This document shows, one piece after another, positions 60,818-64,000 of a DNA stretch of 64,000 bases; the first letter of the stretch is position 1, and each line of letters starts with the position of its first letter. Source of the DNA: Candidatus Cloacimonadota bacterium (GTDB lineage Bacteria > Cloacimonadota > Cloacimonadia > G963667145); the NCBI GenBank assembly GCA_963667255.1, contig OY762940.1:32001-96000 (forward strand). The letters are read 5' to 3'. The notes under the pieces are model-generated. The model saw only the letters and a list, made by a program, of their open reading frames with translations. It was not told the origin of the DNA and made no database searches. The translations under genes were made by a program, and so were the position numbers.

Positions 60818-62584
60818 CTAAAAACTCAACTCATCCTTAACCTTCTTCGCCACCGCTTCGCCCACGCCCTTAACCCGCTGAAGCTCGTCCACACTTGCTT
60901 CTCGCACACCCTGCACAGAGCCAAACTCTCGTAACAAATTATATTTGGTCTGCTCTCCCACCACCTTGTCCAGTTCACTCGTCAATGTTCGCATCGACCG
61001 CCTCTTGCGATGATAAGTGATGGCAAATCTATGAGCCTCATCCCGCAGGTGAACTATCATCTTGAGAGCAAGCGACTTGCGAGGTAACAAAATCGATTCC
61101 GATTGACTGGGTAAAAAAACCTCTTCTAACCGCTTCGCCAGAGAAACTATCGGAATATCCACGCTCATCTCTTCCAAGACTTCCACAGAAGACGAAAGTT
61201 GCCCTTTTCCACCATCAACCACTATCAAATCGGGCTTTTCGTATTGGTCTAACTTCCCCAAATATCGTCGCAAAGTCTCCTGCATACTGGCAAAATCGTC
61301 TTGCCCCACGACCTCTTCCATCTTGAAATGCATATAATTCTTTTTCTTCGGCTTGCCGTTCTCAAAGAAGACCAAAGAAGACACCGTGTCACTTCCCTGA
61401 ATGGTGGAAATATCGATGCAAATAATTTTCGTGGGCAACACAGACAAATTCAGAGCCTGCTTCAACTCCAGCACCGGAGCAGCAGTCCGCACCGACCGCC
61501 GAAGATATTTGAGCCTCTCCTGCTCCACAACATCAAAAGCGTTCTGACGAGCCATCCACAGCAACTTCGAGAGATTTCCCCTCTGAGGCACAAAGAGATT
61601 CAACCTCTCCTGCAAATCCGCATCCAGCTCTTCGCTCAAATCCAACTCCACCAAAATCTGCGACGGCAACTCGTCCAATCGCGGTAAATAATACTGCTTG
61701 AGAAAAGCAACCATCACTTCCGACATCTCCTTGCCGCTAATGTTTTTCAGAGGATAGCTCTCCTTGCTAATCAATCTGCCCTCTATCAACTTCAGCACGG
61801 CGATAGCACCCAAATCCTCCTCCAAATAGCCGACAACCACATCTCGCCTCTTGCTATCCTCGAAGTAAACCGTCTGCTTTTGCGACAATTTCTGCAAACT
61901 CTCCAACTGCTCTTTGTAGCCGGCAGCTTTTTTGTAATCCATTCGCTGTGCCGCCACTTCCATCCGCTCCTGCAACTCGCCTGTGAGCTGTTTATTCTGC
62001 CCCGACAAAAATTTCTTCACCTGCTCTATCAGCTGAAAATACTCCTGCCGACCAACCTCATCAGCCTCGCACACTCCCGAGCATTTACCGATTTGGTAAT
62101 TCAGACACCGCTTCTTTCCTATGGTATTGCACTTTCGGAACTGGAAAATCTCTTCCGCCAAATTCTTGACCCGATGCATCGCACTGCCATCTGTAAAAGG
62201 TCCAAAATAATCGCCCTTATCGTGAATTTTCTCGCGAGTAACCACCAACTTGGGAAACTGCTCAGCGGTGATTTTCAGAAAAGGATACCGCTTGTCATCC
62301 TTGAGCAAAACATTATACTTCGGCTTGTGCTTCTTTATCAGCGTGTCTTCGAGTATCAGAGCCTCGTGAGCGTTGGAAACCATGATGTAATCCAAATCGT
62401 CAACATTCTCCACCAACTTCCGCGTTTTCAGGTCGTCCTTCACACCGGCAAAGTAACTGCGAACACGGCTCCTCAAGCTGGTCGCCTTGCCCACATAGAT
62501 AATCTTCCCAGCCTTGTTCTTCATCAGATATACACCAGCTTGGTCAGGCAAAATCGACAATTTGTGCTTCAATCTATCGTTCAC
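60818..62584 (-). CDS. uvrC: Excinuclease ABC subunit C
   Basis: GVY..IIYVGKA GIY-YIG motif, PKYNVLLKDDK, DIS, DGGKGQ, RDEAHRFA, HhH. Confidence 0.97.
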   Translation of the reverse strand: MNDRLKHKLSILPDQAGVYLMKNKAGKIIYVGKATSLRSRVRSYFAGVKDDLKTRKLVENVDDLDYIMVSNAHEALILEDTLIKKHKPKYNVLLKDDKRYPFLKITAEQFPKLVVTREKIHDKGDYFGPFTDGSAMHRVKNLAEEIFQFRKCNTIGKKRCLNYQIGKCSGVCEADEVGRQEYFQLIEQVKKFLSGQNKQLTGELQERMEVAAQRMDYKKAAGYKEQLESLQKLSQKQTVYFEDSKRRDVVVGYLEEDLGAIAVLKLIEGRLISKESYPLKNISGKEMSEVMVAFLKQYYLPRLDELPSQILVELDLSEELDADLQERLNLFVPQRGNLSKLLWMARQNAFDVVEQERLKYLRRSVRTAAPVLELKQALNLSVLPTKIICIDISTIQGSDTVSSLVFFENGKPKKKNYMHFKMEEVVGQDDFASMQETLRRYLGKLDQYEKPDLIVVDGGKGQLSSSVEVLEEMSVDIPIVSLAKRLEEVFLPSQSESILLPRKSLALKMIVHLRDEAHRFAITYHRKRRSMRTLTSELDKVVGEQTKYNLLREFGSVQGVREASVDELQRVKGVGEAVAKKVKDELSF

Positions 62585-62598
62585 AGCAACCTACGAAA

Positions 62599-64000
62599 TC
62601 AACTTTTGACTCTTTTTTGAATAAATCTCAAAAACTGCTCCACTCTCAATAGGTAAGCCAACAACAAGAACAGCAAAGCTCCACCTACGCCAAGCAAAAC
62701 AAATTTTAGTAAAAGATACCAAAATCCCACGGTGACAGCAAGATAATTGTTCAAAAAATTTATCAACGCCCAAGTGGCAACTCCGGATAGCAAAATTTTC
62801 AACAACTCTAAATTGGGGAAACTCAAGAACTCAAATCTGCGTCTCACCCACCAAAATAGAATCACGCCTTGCAAAATCGCCGAGCACATCGAAGCCATCG
62901 CCAATCCCATCGCACCGAAATATTGCATAAACCAAACATTCAGCCCCACATTAGCCAGCAAGGCAACCACCATCACCTTCACGGGAGATTTAGTGTCGCC
63001 ATGTGCGTAGAACAAACTTGTCAAAACATGATTGAAACAGAAAAAGAACAAAGCCAACGCATAGAAAACAAAAGGAGAATAAGTCATCCCCACGGCTGTG
63101 TCGTCAAACGCACCTCTGGCAAAAAGAATGGTGATATATTCTCTGCCCAAGCTGACCATCAGAGCGGTAATCGGTATCATCAGAAATCCTGACAAAACCA
63201 AAACATTGGAAAAAGTTTTTTGCAATTCAGCGTTATCTCTCTTGGCTACCAACTTGGAAAAGACGGGCAAACTCGCTGACCAAATCGGCACTCCCAACAC
63301 TCCTAAAGCCAATTGCATCAACCTATATGAATAGCTCAAACTGGATGCACTGCCGACCACCAAAAATGATGCCAAAAACAAATCAACATAGACATTAATC
63401 TGCCGAACTCCCATTCCCATTAGCCCCGGCAAAAATCTTCGCCAAACCTTGTCCAAATTTTTGGTTTCCCAAACAAGACGAAACCGATAGCCGACTTTCC
63501 GCATAAACGGGAAATTGACCAATAGTTGCAAAACTCCGCCAACAATTATTCCCCAAGAATATGCGGTTACTTTCTCTATGGAGTCGCCACCTATCCAGTA
63601 AACAAATCCGACAATTACAACTATCGTTCCCAAATTGAAAAAAGCCGCAGAGAATGCAGGCCAGAAGAAATAGTCGTGGTAATTCAATATCGCTATCAAC
63701 ATAGAAGCCACACCAATCAAAAACAGATAGGGCATCAAAATTTTGGTCAATTTGACAGTGAGCAAAACGGTATTTTCTTCCAAACCCGGAGCGATAATCT
63801 TTACCAAAAAAGGAGCAAAAACAATCCCCAAAAAAGAAAATATCAAAAGCAATAAAGACAAAAAAGTCAGCAACGACAAGCCAAATCTAATCTGAACTCG
63901 TTTTCCCCCAGCTTGCTCCACCTCGCCATACAGCGGGATAAAAGCCGCAGCCAACGCTCCCTCTCCAAAGAGAAGTCGCAGAAAGTTGGGAATGCGATAG
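62599..64000 (-). CDS. murJ: Lipid II flippase MurJ (5' end lies beyond the window)
   Basis: The frame stays open to the window edge: YRIPNFLRLLFGEGALAAAFIP; also RGAF, FYAHGDTKSP. Confidence 0.95.
   Translation of the reverse strand, partial: YRIPNFLRLLFGEGALAAAFIPLYGEVEQAGGKRVQIRFGLSLLTFLSLLLLIFSFLGIVFAPFLVKIIAPGLEENTVLLTVKLTKILMPYLFLIGVASMLIAILNYHDYFFWPAFSAAFFNLGTIVVIVGFVYWIGGDSIEKVTAYSWGIIVGGVLQLLVNFPFMRKVGYRFRLVWETKNLDKVWRRFLPGLMGMGVRQINVYVDLFLASFLVVGSASSLSYSYRLMQLALGVLGVPIWSASLPVFSKLVAKRDNAELQKTFSNVLVLSGFLMIPITALMVSLGREYITILFARGAFDDTAVGMTYSPFVFYALALFFFCFNHVLTSLFYAHGDTKSPVKVMVVALLANVGLNVWFMQYFGAMGLAMASMCSAILQGVILFWWVRRRFEFLSFPNLELLKILLSGVATWALINFLNNYLAVTVGFWYLLLKFVLLGVGGALLFLLLAYLLRVEQFLRFIQKRVKS

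Noticed and set aside
146..63855. Many antisense or overlapping ORFs in the track (e.g. 599-1183, 25749-26504, 45477-46259, 49829-50809, 52539-53426, 56794-57501, 46272-46484)
   Set aside because: They shadow well-supported genes or tRNAs on the other strand and have no motifs or RBS.

Overview
Bacterial chromosomal segment, probably from an anaerobic diderm. A Cloacimonadota-like origin is my inference from gene content only. (1) 1-20.8 kb, all on the minus strand: a very AT-rich surface-polysaccharide locus with gmd, wzx, a GT11 fucosyltransferase, several GT4s, asnB, epimerases and six methyltransferase-like genes. It is scarred by IS3, IS5 and IS256 elements, truncated duplicate gene starts, a CDP-tyvelose-epimerase-like remnant, and frameshifts at poly-G tracts. 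(2) 20.8-29.8 kb: housekeeping genes (BMP lipoprotein, an intact IS256-like element with an 8-bp TSD, SurA/PpiD-like protein, M20 amidohydrolase, rho, serC, tRNA-His). (3) 29.8-32.1 kb: a palindrome-rich accessory pocket carrying an FGE-sulfatase/C-lectin-fold lipoprotein. Its leader holds a short ORF with (AGTC)30 followed by an intrinsic terminator, and only one of the three repeat-determined frames translates through the terminator. This is a candidate repeat-programmed, leader-peptide attenuation phase-variation switch and the top finding. (4) 32-64 kb: MFS transporter, a 1770-aa degenerate Ser/Thr-kinase/NTPase/TPR/HATPase protein, tsaD, a ferredoxin missed by the ORF track, miaA, mutL, xerC, tRNA-Pro, a UDP-glucuronate epimerase, carbamate kinase, a PLP enzyme, rnhC, ctpA, tmk, frr, pyrH, tsf, rpsB, rpsI, rplM, four small AT-rich genes, uvrC and partial murJ. 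All calls come from motif recognition by eye; no database searches were run.
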